Below are positions 40,198 through 53,090 of a DNA stretch of 64,000 nucleotides, in pieces. The stretch is from Eledone cirrhosa (lineage: Eukaryota), in contig OZ024743.1 in assembly GCA_964016885.1 (NCBI GenBank), positions 290,284,001-290,348,000 on the forward strand. The letters are read 5' to 3'. The notes beneath the pieces were generated by a model. That model was not told the DNA's origin. It saw only the letters and a list, made by a program, of their open reading frames with translations, and searched no databases. Position 1 is the first letter of the stretch, and each line of letters starts with the position of its first letter. The position numbers were made by a program, and so were the translations under genes.

Positions 40198-40199
40198 TG

Positions 40200-40402
40200 A
40201 TGGTGGCTAAGATGGTCCATAGGCAGTAAGCCGGTTGAGCACACTTTGCTCTTACAGAGTATCATAGAATAGAGAACGAAAAATTTAGTAAATAAGTATT
40301 GCATCTGAACTGAATTTATTGTGTGCTACAATCGTTTCGCCGGCGAAACAATTGTAACACACAATAAATTGAGTTCAGATGCATCACTGAATTTTCGTTT
40401 TC

Positions 40403-40405
<3 letters not shown>
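40200..40405. mobile_element. Mini foldback pLTR remnant
   Basis: Arms centred on tttcgccggcgaaa, each with HHR 3' half GAAA-C(A/G)AUUG-UA; related to 51595-51650 and 62575-62790. Confidence 0.8.
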
Positions 40406-40482
<77 letters not shown>

Positions 40483-40484
<2 letters not shown>

Positions 40485-40728
40485 AAGGCGGGTAAAATTC
40501 CCGAGATCCATGGACTTGTTCTCTCCAGCGGTCTCTGTCCCTCATTATCGCTGCCATATCCTGCATCTCCAACAGACCAGTGTCTGTCCTTAGGGCATCA
40601 ACATATGTTAACCTTGGTCTTCCTCTTCTAGTGTGTCCATGTAGGGGTTCCCAAAGGAGCACTGAGTGCAATGTCAACTCTGGATGTCGGTGAGCATGTC
40701 CAGCCAACCTCAGTCTCCTCTGTGTCAC
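40483..40728 (-). mobile_element. RTE/RTEX-type LINE 3' fragment
   Basis: RRLRLAGH..RHPE...LLWEP.HG..RRGRP..TYVD.L...MRDRDRWR. Confidence 0.85.
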
Positions 40729-41103
40729 TTATATATAGTAATAATAATAAATTTGAAGACTAGAATCCAAAGAGGGCTACGACTTCAGTTATACCATTTA
40801 CGTGGTTCCGTCTTTGCATGCAATTGTTCTCCCCGCTCCACATATGACGTATTATCTTCGTTTTTTTCGTTCATTGTCAGAGAACGTCTTTATGAACCAC
40901 CTAATAGAATATTAGTCTACGACATCTTTTATACCATAAACGTGGTTTTGTATTTGCGTGTAATTGTTTTTCACCGCTCCAAATAATGACGTATTATATT
41001 CGTTTTTTCCCGTTCTTTGGCAGGGAACGTTTCCACGAACCAAAGTATCGTCTTCCTGTCCTCCTCCGGTTGCAACGTTTTTTGAAATAATTACTTCTGC
41101 GTT

Positions 41104-41180
41104 CACAGATTGAATTTGTTAGTTTCAGAAGATCCCGTTAAGGGTGAAAGCAGCGATTCTTTGCTTAAACTTTAATCTGT
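41104..41180 (+). ncRNA. Type I HHR variant (CAGAAGA core) with bulged extended helix I; further copies at 41419-41475 (-) and 41481-41540 (+)
   Basis: GUUU-CAGAAGA-UCCC guuaa GGGU-GAAA-GCA gcgauucuu UGC-UU-AAAC; distal pairing ACAGAUUGAA/UUUAAUCUGU. Confidence 0.7.
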
Positions 41181-41199
41181 TATGTTAATAAAAATATAT

Positions 41200-41232
<33 letters not shown>

Positions 41233-41246
41233 GTAATACTATTTTA

Positions 41247-41327
<81 letters not shown>

Positions 41328-41567
41328 TAAATTTGAAGACTAAAATACAAAGAGGGCTCGATAAGGATAAATATATATCAAATATATAAGAACCGTAGAG
41401 CAAATATTTATTAAAATAACAGATTAAAGTTTAAGCAAAGAATCGCTGCTTTCACCCTTAAAGGGGTCTTCTGAAGATTAGTTTCAGAAGATCCCGTTAA
41501 GGGTGAAACACCGATTCTTTGCTTAAACTTTAATCTGTTATTTTAATAAATACACACATATATATAT

Positions 41568-41726
<159 letters not shown>

Positions 41727-42092
41727 TATATATATATATACGTATATATAAATATATATAAATATATATATATATATACTATAGAGTAAAGCATGTCCAG
41801 AGAAATATTTGATAATATATATACATCATCTCTACTCCCAATCAGTATAATTAACCACACAAATAATCAATTAGACCGGGCTATAAGAATAGAAGGCACC
41901 TATGAAGAAACAGTAAATAAATACGCCACAGCGGTGTCTTCGCGTCCAACCGCTATATAATATTTACCCAACATTTCAACAGCACGTGGAAATTAATCAC
42001 ATATACGGTCAACCATACATAATTAGGTAAAAATTAATGTTAGAAATGCTTATATACATACCAGGATTAAATCACTAAATCCCCCCCCCCCC

Positions 42093-42136
<44 letters not shown>

Positions 42137-42142
42137 ATATTG

Positions 42143-42219
<77 letters not shown>

Positions 42220-43013
42220 AATAGATTGATTGACTGATAGACAGACAGATAGATTGATAGATATATATGAAGATATTTATATATATTCAGTAACTGAACG
42301 TGATATGAAAGTTATACTTTCCTCTATGCACATAGCTCAAGATAACAATGAAAACTCTATAGTCATATTTGACATGTTGTTAATATAGAATATCTTGCTA
42401 AGTTATGAAAGTGAGAATGTTATTTCATCTAAAATGGGTCAGTGTATTTTCAGTGTTTAAATCAAAAACGCCCATATGTATTTCAGATAAAATATTTCAG
42501 ACTGTTAAATGTTAAATGAAGGTAACATATGAGTATAGAAATGAAACATCACTCTATTATCTATCAAATTCTTCTTCGCCGATTTATTACTGAGATGGTC
42601 GTGGGCGCAGAATCCGCAAACACACCTTCCAGCGGGTTCGGTTAAAACCAACCGTGTCCAACTGTCCGGCTGGATCCCCACGCGTGACCAGCCAAGCAGT
42701 AACGATCTTTATAGTTTCTTCAAGTAACCTAAATATAGAGGATCATGATTGCTCAGTGTCAATCTCAATGATAAACGAATATATAAATGAATATAATTAC
42801 GATAATTGGAAACATTTTGAGACATTTTGAAAGAAATTATAACAGGTGTCTTCAAAGACTCAAATACAACATTACTATATCTAGCTAATATTTGGTGACT
42901 AATTATTGTGTTAGGACAGGATGTGGGTTGCGGATATTTCCTGCTAAATAGGAAGGGTTTGTAAGTATGTGTGTATATGTGTGTGTATATATATATATAT
43001 ATGTTTTTCTGTT

Positions 43014-43059
<46 letters not shown>

Positions 43060-45172
43060 GATAAATCTACCAACATATACGGTAGTGTCCAATCCGTATG
43101 AAGAACGCAATGTAATCCAAATATCATGAAAAGAGAAGATGCATTCAAAAATTTTCGATAAAAATCATAGGAAAACAGAATCAAGATAAATTAATAAAAA
43201 CAATGAAATAAAAACAAAGCACAAGTTCCTTATATTAAAAAATTCATCATTTTACGATCGTTTCTAGGATGTATATGTATGTTGGTATATATATATCATA
43301 TAGATCTATGTAAAAATATCACAAAATATCAGAGGAAATATACAACCTTCACATGCCGTCATCAAAATTGATGAGATGTGTTTATTGAAATAAAAACAAC
43401 AAAGATTTAATATAAAAGGTCTGTTTGGGAACAGGTTTTGAATTGACCAATAGAAAAGTAGTTAGAAGTCAAGTTGATAGAATAGCAGTAGTAGAAATTT
43501 AATTTAGGGGTAGAGTAGTGCAGACTTATGATTTGAATGAAAAGAATACTTTGGGGATGAAAAGAGGTCAAGGCAAGAAGATAGTGAAGGGTACACGAAA
43601 ATTTGATGTTATTAAAGAATAATGTTAAAAACGAAGGAAAATAACATTTTAGGGTAAGGGTATTATTAAGAAATACCAATCTTATTTAAACCACAAGGAA
43701 TCTAGATCTATAACAAGAAATTAAATTAATTGATAGGTATACTTATAGGTATACAGTTATATTAATTCATATGAATGTGATGAATAAAAATTAGATGTTA
43801 TTAAAGCGTGTTGTTAAAAGCGAAGGAAAGTAAAATTTTGGGATAGGGGTAGTAGTGAGAAATACCAATCTTATTTAAACTACAAGGTATCTAGATACAT
43901 AACAGGAAATTAAATTATGAAGTTCTCTGTAGTAAAATACTAATTATAGGTTAACTAAATTAAAAAGACCAATTATAATAATTTGTAAGATATAAGAGTA
44001 AGGTGTATATTCCTACTCCACTACCAAAAATATACAACAGAATATAAGTGCGTACAACGCATATAAGTGTAAAAAACCCACAAATATACCACCAATACAT
44101 CAAACCAACCATAATACTAAAATAAACCGCGACAAACCACCATCTCCTTCACCTATAACAAGTCCTGTAAATTCCACACCAAATTTGACTAACTCCCCTG
44201 ATATAATACGAATGATTGTAACTTTAGAATCAAAAGAAATTACCCATTAAAGGGAAATTGTCTTATTAATAACATAGTCTATAAATGTAAAATTAGCACT
44301 AAAGACTCCACTTATTCATATATAGGAGCTACGTCTAACCAATTTAAATAAGATTTAATACCCACAAACATACTTTTTAAAATGCGGCATTAGCTAATAC
44401 AACATCATTGGCTGAAACAATTAATAATTATACTTTAAATTAATTTAATTTCCTGTTATGTATCTAGATTCCTTGTAGTTTAAATAAGATTGGTATTTCC
44501 CACGACTACCCTTATCCCCAAATTTTACTTTCCTTCGTTTTTAACAACACTCTTTAATAACCTTTAATTCTTATTTATCACATTCATATGAATTATTATA
44601 ACTTTATCCCTATAAGTATACCTATAAATTAATTTAATTTCTTGTTATAGATCTAGATTCCTTGTGGTTTAAATCAGATTGGTATTTCTTAATAATACCC
44701 TTACCCTAAAATTATATATTCCTTCGTTTTTAACATTATTCTTTAATAATATCCAATTTTCGTGTACCCTTCACTATATTATTGGCTTGACCTCTTTTCA
44801 TCCCCAAAGTATTCTTTTCACTCAAAACATAAGTCTGCACTCCTCTACCCCTGAATTAAATTTCTACTACTGCTATTCTATCAACTTGACCTCTAACTAC
44901 TTTTCTATTAGTCAATTCAAAACCTGTTCACAAACAGACCTTTTATATTAAATCTTTGTTGGTTATTTTCAATAAACACATCTAATAATTTCTGAGGACG
45001 GCATGTATATGTATAGGTATGTATAATTCCTCTGATATTTTGTGATATTTTTACATAGATCTATATCATATACATACCAACACACATATGCATCCCAGAA
45101 ACGATCGTAAAATGATGAATTTTGTAATATAAGGAACTTGTTCTTTGATTTATTTCATTGTTTTTATTAATT
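43060..45172. mobile_element. About 2 kb head-to-head Naiad-type PLE derivative; arms about 43188-43917 and 44433-45172 around a GIY-YIG remnant
   Basis: Mirror ORFs 43407-43679(-) and 44679-44951(+); centre reads CNFR..YPLKGNCLINNIVYKC..YIGATSNQFK; flanked by (TA)n. Confidence 0.88.
44988..45113 (+). ncRNA. Type I HHR with about 100 nt helix II (mirror copy about 43248-43368 has UUGAUGA)
   Basis: AUUU-CUGAGGA-[AUGUAUAUGU..GGUAUGUAUA / UAUACAUACC..ACAUAUGCAU]-GAAA-CGAUCG-UA-AAAU. Confidence 0.78.
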
Positions 45173-45184
45173 TATATATATATG

Positions 45185-45252
<68 letters not shown>

Positions 45253-45329
45253 TGTGTGTGTTTGTCGTATGTGTATGTTGTGTGTGTGTGTAAATGTGTG
45301 TATATTTTGTGAGCAGTGTATATAGGTCA

Positions 45330-45646
45330 CAGACACCCACACATATACATGGTATTCATTCCGTCGGTTACGACGTCGAGTGATCCAATTGATACTATCA
45401 ACGGAACAGCGCAAACGTGACACGTGGCTGAGCATTCCAGATACCCACGTAACCTTTACGTAGTTCTGAGAGAGATTCACTGTGACACAATGTGTGACAA
45501 GGCATACCCTCAAATTACAGGTACAACTCATTTTTATCATCTGAGTGCACTGGAGCAACGTGAAGTGTCTTGATCAAGAAAACAGCGGGCAGACGGTAAT
45601 AGAATTCACACTTTACGGCTGTGAGCTGAATACCCTAATCACGCAC
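45330..45646 (-). mobile_element. Degraded tRNA-derived SINE
   Basis: Minus strand has a tRNA-like head (GCGTGATTAGGG...GTGAATTCTATT) then a CTTGATCAAGACACTT core typical of SINEs. Confidence 0.6.
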
Positions 45647-45737
45647 TTTCATGTATATAAACAGATACACATATACATTGAAACATACAAACACGCACAC
45701 GTATAAAACACACACACTCAGATAAACACACACACAC

Positions 45738-45817
<80 letters not shown>

Positions 45818-45949
45818 GAAATATCGTGATTAGTGTATTACCATATACATATAACCACACACACTGATATACACAGCAATCTTTCTGTGAAACGCAATAT
45901 TAAAATATTTTCTCCCCTCATACCATTATTTTGTCATTCTCTCTCGAAA

Positions 45950-46600
45950 TATTACCCGTCTCACATTAGATCACCACATTCTGTTCCCTCTCTATGTACT
46001 AGTACATACCTCACTCTATACTTTACATACTTCACTCTCTCATCATTCACCCTCTCTTACTAGATCGGCAATCTACCCCTTTCTATATCCTAATACATAC
46101 CTCACTCACACTTAGCCACAGAATTCTCTCCCCCTCCCTATCTATATATATACCACTAAATACCTCAATCTCTTACTCCCTTAAGTTCCCCCTCTCTCAT
46201 AAAACCAACATATTCTCCTAATCTCCCTCTCTATGCTACTACATACTTCACTCTCTCTCACAGTGGCTCCTTTCTGACTAGACCACCAAATTTTCTCCAT
46301 TTCTCTATATCTCACTACATACCTCACTCTCTTTCACATTTCCTCTTCTCTCACTAAAACAACAAACTCTCTCCCCCTCACTATATATCACTACATACCT
46401 CACTCTCTCTCTCTCTCTCTCTCTCTCCCAATTCATCCTCTCGCACTAGACCACCAATCTATCTCCCCATATCTATATCCCACTATATACCCCGCTCTCT
46501 CTCACAATTCCTTCTCTCTCACGTGACTACCAAATTCTCTCCCCACTCTTTATATTCCACTACATAACTCATTCTATTTCACTCCCTTAATTCCCCCTCT
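45950..46600. repeat. Degenerate pyrimidine-rich minisatellite (about 75-90 bp period)
   Basis: CTACATACCTCACTCT and CTAGACCACCAAAT variants recur about 8 times. Confidence 0.75.
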
Positions 46601-46678
46601 CTCTCGAGATAATCTGGTGGTTTTCCTGGTACCATTATACATAGAGAGAGAGAAACTTGACAGAAAGAGTTAGTGGTC

Positions 46679-46773
<95 letters not shown>

Positions 46774-47339
46774 AGAGAAAGAGAGAGGGGGGGGGGGGAG
46801 AATGCTTGGGAAGTCAGGACCATGTATACCGATAGTATTGCATCCAAATTCAGAGAACTCCCTTTGCAAACGGATGACGTTGATTCAGAGAAAAATTGTT
46901 CAACTCAGCAGTTTCTGCTTCGGCTGTTAAATGCTGTGGGCGAAAGAGGCCTGGTGTGGCGCCGGTTTGCAGGTGGACTCTTTGGTTCAATCAAGGGGAC
47001 AAAGATACTATGTAATCAGTGATTGAGGCCTACAATGTTTGGCCTGGATATAATTCCCCTTTCTTGTATTCCTTGTACAAGCATGCACGAAGAATCACAG
47101 CAGTAAAAGCACCGAAAGTTAAGACATGGGAGCGCTTTGGTGTTACGCTGGAATCCGATGTTAGATCAGCAAATAAACTGTTCTGAGAGACCACCCGCCG
47201 ACTTCGTAATAAGAGGCCCTCCTCCACACCTGCTATCAAGAACGCGTCTGCCGTACTCTTCTCCTAAGGACGGTGCATACTTACGAGGTAGAGATAATAC
47301 TTTACTGATCTCCTACATCCGATTACAATAATATTTTCT

Positions 47340-47742
47340 GGGGTATACGAAATGCACCTGGAAGCGTTGGTTAGTTTCTCTGAGGCTGAGATCACAAGAC
47401 CAATTATAGAGCTCAAACCTTACAAGGTCAATGCTGTAGATCTAATCGGCCCCGATATATTAAAATACTTAAATAAAGAAGGTATTCTCTGGTTGACTTG
47501 TGTGTGTCGAGTGGCCTGGATTTATGGAGAGGCATCTAAGCAATCGCAATGGGTAGTGATGATTGCAATTGTCAAAACGGAGGACAAAAGTGATTGCTCC
47601 TATTACAGAGGGATCTCCTTGCTAAGCCTCCCCACTAAATTATATACTAAGTGTCTGGAAAAAGATGCACGGAGTTAGTCCAGTTCAAGCTAGCTGATGA
47701 ACACTGTGGTTGTTGCCCCGGATGCAGCATAGCCGACCAAAT
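47340..47742 (+). mobile_element. RTE-clade RT N-terminal fragment
   Basis: PDILKYL..EGILWLT..VAW...YRGISLLSLP.KLY.KCLE...EHCG..PG.S..DQ. Confidence 0.8.
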
Positions 47743-49064
47743 GTATATGGAATACTATCTAAAATATTTATACGCCTGGTGGTATAATGTAAGGCAATAT
47801 CTATGCACAGATAACCAGGTTTTAGAGACGGGTATATGTAATTCTAAGATGAAAACAATTTCTCTCATGGTACTTATCAATAATGTCAGACCATGTGATA
47901 TTTATATTATTATTATTCCAAATTGAGGTTAGGAAATTTCTTAATGATAGTATCACTCTTCCTTAATCCGATCAACTTTTTCGCAAGGTTTATTATTCGA
48001 CACGTAATTGCAGCATTAAGTTATCATTAAGGACATTGATTGCGATAAACGTTCACCCTTTGCCACTGCCACTGGTCTAATATCAATATTAAGATTTTCT
48101 GTTATAGATTTTACTTCTTTATTATAGTAGAATTATCGATTTGTTGGGTGATTCTCATATATGCTTGAGTTAATTATTATAGATTAGATGTGTGACGGCT
48201 ATTGTCTACGTCATAGAAATAGACTGTGGTTTATTCTTGTCAGTCTAGTCATTTTAATTAAGCTTATCGTGGCAAACGCTTCATATATTTCTCTACTAGT
48301 AATCATTTATGCAACACATTCGATGGTTCTGGAGAATTCATTTAGTTGGGTAGTTATTGTCTTATACACCAATATATAGTGCATAGTTATTTGAGCAAAC
48401 ACTGAGTATAGTAATCAGAAAGCAGTTACATGTCTTCATCATACACGAACACGTATGCCACATACACAAAGTATAGTGTTATAATATGTTTATTTACTAT
48501 CTCGTTTGTCTCAGTGATATGTCGATAATAATTTAGAACCAACGTGGAAATGTGTATACATATGTTATGGAATAAGAGAGATAATAATTAAAACTATAAA
48601 CAAATTATTCAGAGAAATTCCAGGCATTTTTGCTCATGTTAGTATATTTGAACATATTTTTTTTTTATCTTGATTATGTCACAGGAAAATGTAATTGAAC
48701 ATTATTCATTTATTCAACTACTGATCTCACTCGTTACGCTGCGATCATGTTTTGACCTAACTTTCCGTTAACCGATCATATCGTCTTCATTATTCGTTTT
48801 TTGAAATTCCATACACATTGTATCGATTATTTTTATGAAACAGCCACTGATACAAAATAAACCCAGGCACATACACACGCCCATGTTGAGCGTCAATTCA
48901 AACGGGTCGAGTCGGTTGTTATGTGAATGAATTTGTTGTGATGTTTGTCCGAACTTGCATGTGTGTTTCTACCAATTTATCTTAATGCCGGTTTGTAAAT
49001 TGTTTTTTTGTTTAGATACAAATACAATGTCTGACAGCAAGAACTGTTGAGCATCAAATTTAGT

Positions 49065-49189
49065 TCACAGTATTTCAAGCGAGAACGCACGTATTTAAGA
49101 ATACAGAAATGGACTACTTGAAAAGTAGTTATTTACAAACTAATTAACTAACTATGTATTTATATATATATATATAGAGAGAGAGAGAG

Positions 49190-49245
<56 letters not shown>

Positions 49246-49878
49246 TATCTATATATATATGTTAAGCCAGCCGAAATAACATATGTGAAATAAACAGCTC
49301 CATCTATCTGCTTAGCTAGCTACCCCACCGTGAAACAAACAACCCTTAAAGCCACCAAAATAAAACGCCTACCCAGCGGCTAAACATCAAACGATTATTT
49401 TTGTATAAATAGAGTGATTCCAAACACTTTCACCAGTCGACCTTTGGCAGAGTCAACTCGCGTATCGTTGTTCCTCTCCTCTGCCACGCTTGTCACTCAC
49501 ACACGCTTGTACCTCTGTATCGTCGGTTCATTTATGAAAATAAATAGCTGACCGAAACTACATCTCTCGCCTTGCTCGTCCTTTCAACTTGTGCTTTCGT
49601 CTGTTGATCCTTATCGTATGAGACAACAGCCCTTTTAAGGGCTACTCTCAGATCCGATCAGACCGTATGCGATAACAGTCCTTTGAAGGGCTACTCTCGG
49701 ATCTGATCAGAAGTAGTGACCAGACTGACTAACCACGTCGCTCCAATTGGTGACCCCAACCACGTCGCTACACATGTATATATATATAGTTGGTTAGTTA
49801 ATTAGTTTGTAAATAACTACTTTTCAAGTAGTCTACTTGTATATTCTTAAATACGTGCGTTTTCGATTGAAATAATGT
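49065..49878. repeat. About 90 bp inverted-repeat pair (49065-49155 / 49787-49878) enclosing microsatellites and an LTR
   Basis: acgcacgtatttaagaata...aactaattaactaacta mirrored. Confidence 0.8.
49260..49772 (+). mobile_element. LTR retrotransposon remnant: LTR + PBS + last 15 nt of 3' LTR
   Basis: TG start; TATAAAT (about 49404); AATAAA (about 49539); end aaccacgtcgctcca; PBS TGGTGACCCC (complement of the tRNA-Trp 3' end); repeat aaccacgtcgctaca. Confidence 0.7.
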
Positions 49879-50774
49879 GTGTGTGTGTGTGTGCATACGC
49901 GTTTACATATATATGTGTCTTTCTTATTGTATATATATTTACACATGTACATGATTGGTGGAATGTGAGTTATTTTCAATGTATTAGTCGCACTCCAATT
50001 TTGGACTCAAAGATCTAATACAAAATTTAATGTTTTTATATTTTCAAAAGAGACAATTCGACTTGGCGTTGAATCTGTACGAATCTAATTGGCAAAGTGC
50101 GACGGTATAAAACAATTATTCATTCGACTTGAACCTGATGAACCGAACCATTTTTATTTAAGGAAAGCTAACAATTATAACATCCTCTTGGTTAAGGGGT
50201 TATAAGGTGAAACCGTTATATATCTAAGGAACAAAACTTAAATTGTTAATTAAGAAGATAAAGAAAAATCAACAGATATATCCGGACACCTCATTTGAAA
50301 AGTGTGGGGGTAATGAGTTTTAGTAATCGCAACCTATGATCAATCGTAAAAAGTTCAATTAAAATGACATAAGTAAATTAACAGCTAATTAATAACAGTC
50401 AATTGATAATCAAATCTATGATTACATAAATATGTAAATCACAGAATATTTTTAGTACTTTGATACACACTAAAGAAAAAGACATGAGATATTAATTGAG
50501 GTAAATTTACCAGTAAAATCGCAATGAACTGTCTTACAATAAAAGAGAATGCTAATATTTAAGAATGACGTAATTAATTATAGATATATAAACGTATAAT
50601 AAATGTAAGACTAACATATCTAGCAATTCGAAGCGGAAGGAAAATGAGGTATTAATGAAATATGGAGTACTTATAAAATATGTGTGTGTCTTAATACACA
50701 GCAACGCAGTATGAACGAATGAAGAGTATAGACCGAAAGCACACGAATGTATATATATATATATATATACATGC

Positions 50775-50839
<65 letters not shown>

Positions 50840-51711
50840 AGTGTAGAGGCAGGCTGTGAGGTTACTGAAAACGAAGTGTTAGAAGGTAAGCAAGTGAAGA
50901 ATAGTATCCCTTCATCAGCTGAGATCGCCACGGAAAAACCTTGCTCTGTAGTTATCACTGCGGGCGTATACCCACTTTCTCTTCGGTTGTTTACATACAT
51001 GTGCCATTATCCTGTGTCCCAAATTCTATCGGTATATTTACTTTGTATTTTCCTCTTTCCTTTTTTTTTCTTCTTCCTCTCTCTTCACTCTCACTTCTTT
51101 CCTCCGTGGCCTTTTGATGGATAAAAGGCCATATATATAACTATGTGGGGTTTCACTACTACATATTACTACTGCAGTAATCCCGCATGCTGGCTGATAA
51201 TAAAATACTTTTTGACGAAGTGGCAGCCTTGTTCGATCATTATACCAAAAGCTTAATATGGAAGCAGGCAGTATAATTGATTTAGATGTCGCAGAAATCC
51301 TTTAATGGATTATACCATCAATCCCAGGAGTCCACGTAAATATTCTTTTGTTTGACCTGTTTGTCTTGCTTAGTTTTTTTGGTTTATGTGGCTGATCGCT
51401 TCTTGATCACAATTCCAGTTTGTTTGACCTCTATAACGTATGTTTATTGCTCTCCTCTCTTTTTAGCGCTTGCCGCATAACTGGGATATTGCGTTTCGCT
51501 TTGTTTTCAACCACTGCCGAAATTCGATCTCGCTGAAATTATATTTATATATATATATATATATATATATAGTTATTAAAGCGCGAATTAATTACGTCCA
51601 TATGCGGTATGCCGAATGAGCACTCGATGCTCTTGTGGAGCAGAGTATCAATAGTATTAATATATAAGGTAGCAAAGAATCAGTATTGCATCATATACAT
51701 ATGTTATTACA

Positions 51712-52308
51712 TACTAGCAGTGGTACCCGGCGTTGCAAGAGATAAGGTATTTTGGAACGCGGGCCGCCAATAGACCTAATCGTGGAAAAACTGCATGCCT
51801 GGACAATATGTAAAGAAAATAAACCGAATACTCTGATGGCTGGATAATCTTTAAGATTTTCCTCGATGAAGCATGAAAAATGCAGGTTTTTACCTAATGC
51901 GGGCCCTGTGGGATCAAGAAAATGAATTTTTTTTATGTGCATAATATGCCTTGAAATTTCGGAAAAATCGGCTAGACGTAACGCCTCCAAAAAGCCCTAA
52001 GAAGCTGAAAAAAAATGAAGTTTTTCACCTAATGCGGGCCCTAGGCCATAAGAAAGTTGGATTTTCTTTGCTTACGGTATGAAGAAGCGACTGACTACAT
52101 AGTTACAACTTCAAGGAAATCGGTCTGACGTAACGCCTGAAAAAACACATAAAAATGTTAAAAAACGCAGTTTTTCATCTAATGCAGGCCCTAGCAGATA
52201 AAAATAGTTGAATTGTTTATGTCCATAACACTCCCTAAAACATAAGTAATACACATGTAAAGTTAGAAAAAAATCGGTTAGGTACTTCTCGAGTTTTAGG
52301 GATTCAAA

Positions 52309-52371
<63 letters not shown>

Positions 52372-52382
52372 TCACACACACA

Positions 52383-52465
<83 letters not shown>

Positions 52466-53090
52466 ATCCTCAGGGAAGTGACGTAATGCAGACAGTCAGA
52501 CATACAGACATATATTATAAGGGCGCGACGTTATGAGTATGTATCTATCTAAAAAGAGAAAGACTAAGAATTATAGAGCGAGATCGCTAAATCGCCTCAT
52601 GCGCCTAGGGCATTGAACATTTGAAATTTTCTTTTGTTCACGACACTCCCTGAAACATAAGTATTACATATGTAAAGTTTGAAAATAGTCGGTTTGGTGC
52701 TTCTCTACATTACTAAGCGGTAATATAGTAACTTTAGTTCTTGTAAAGGCACGTAAGTAAACAAACTGAAGCTATTACAGCCAGACATAGAGACAGATAT
52801 TATAAGGGCGCCACGTTATATGTATGTATCTATCTAAAAAGAGAAAGACTAAGAATTATAGAGCGAGATCGCTAAATAGCCTAATGCGCCTAGGGCATTG
52901 GAAATTTGACATTCATTTTGCTTAGAACACTCCCTGAAACGTAAGTATTACATGTGTAAAGTTTGAAAACAGTCGGTTGGGTGGTTCTCTAGTTTTAGGG
53001 ATTCGAGCTCACACACACACACAGACAGATATCCTCAGTTTTATATATATAGACTAGCAGAAAACCACCAGGTGGGCGATTTTCTGCTAG
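51712..53090 (+). mobile_element. Non-autonomous Helitron-like element with internal tandem repeats and (CA)n
   Basis: Starts TACTAGCAGTGGTACCCGGCGTTGC; about 140 bp unit x3 and about 290 bp unit x2; ends ACAGACAGA..TTTTATATATATAGA-CTAGCAGAAAA..TTTTCTGCTAG hairpin, resembling Lep1-type elements. Confidence 0.55.

Noticed and set aside
48750-49064. Mariner-like 5' end (…IKF…)
   Set aside because: No TIR pair or transposase continuation found
50135-50218. CUGAUGA-ACC…GGU-GAAACCGUUA
   Set aside because: No helix I pairing found; at best a decayed HHR
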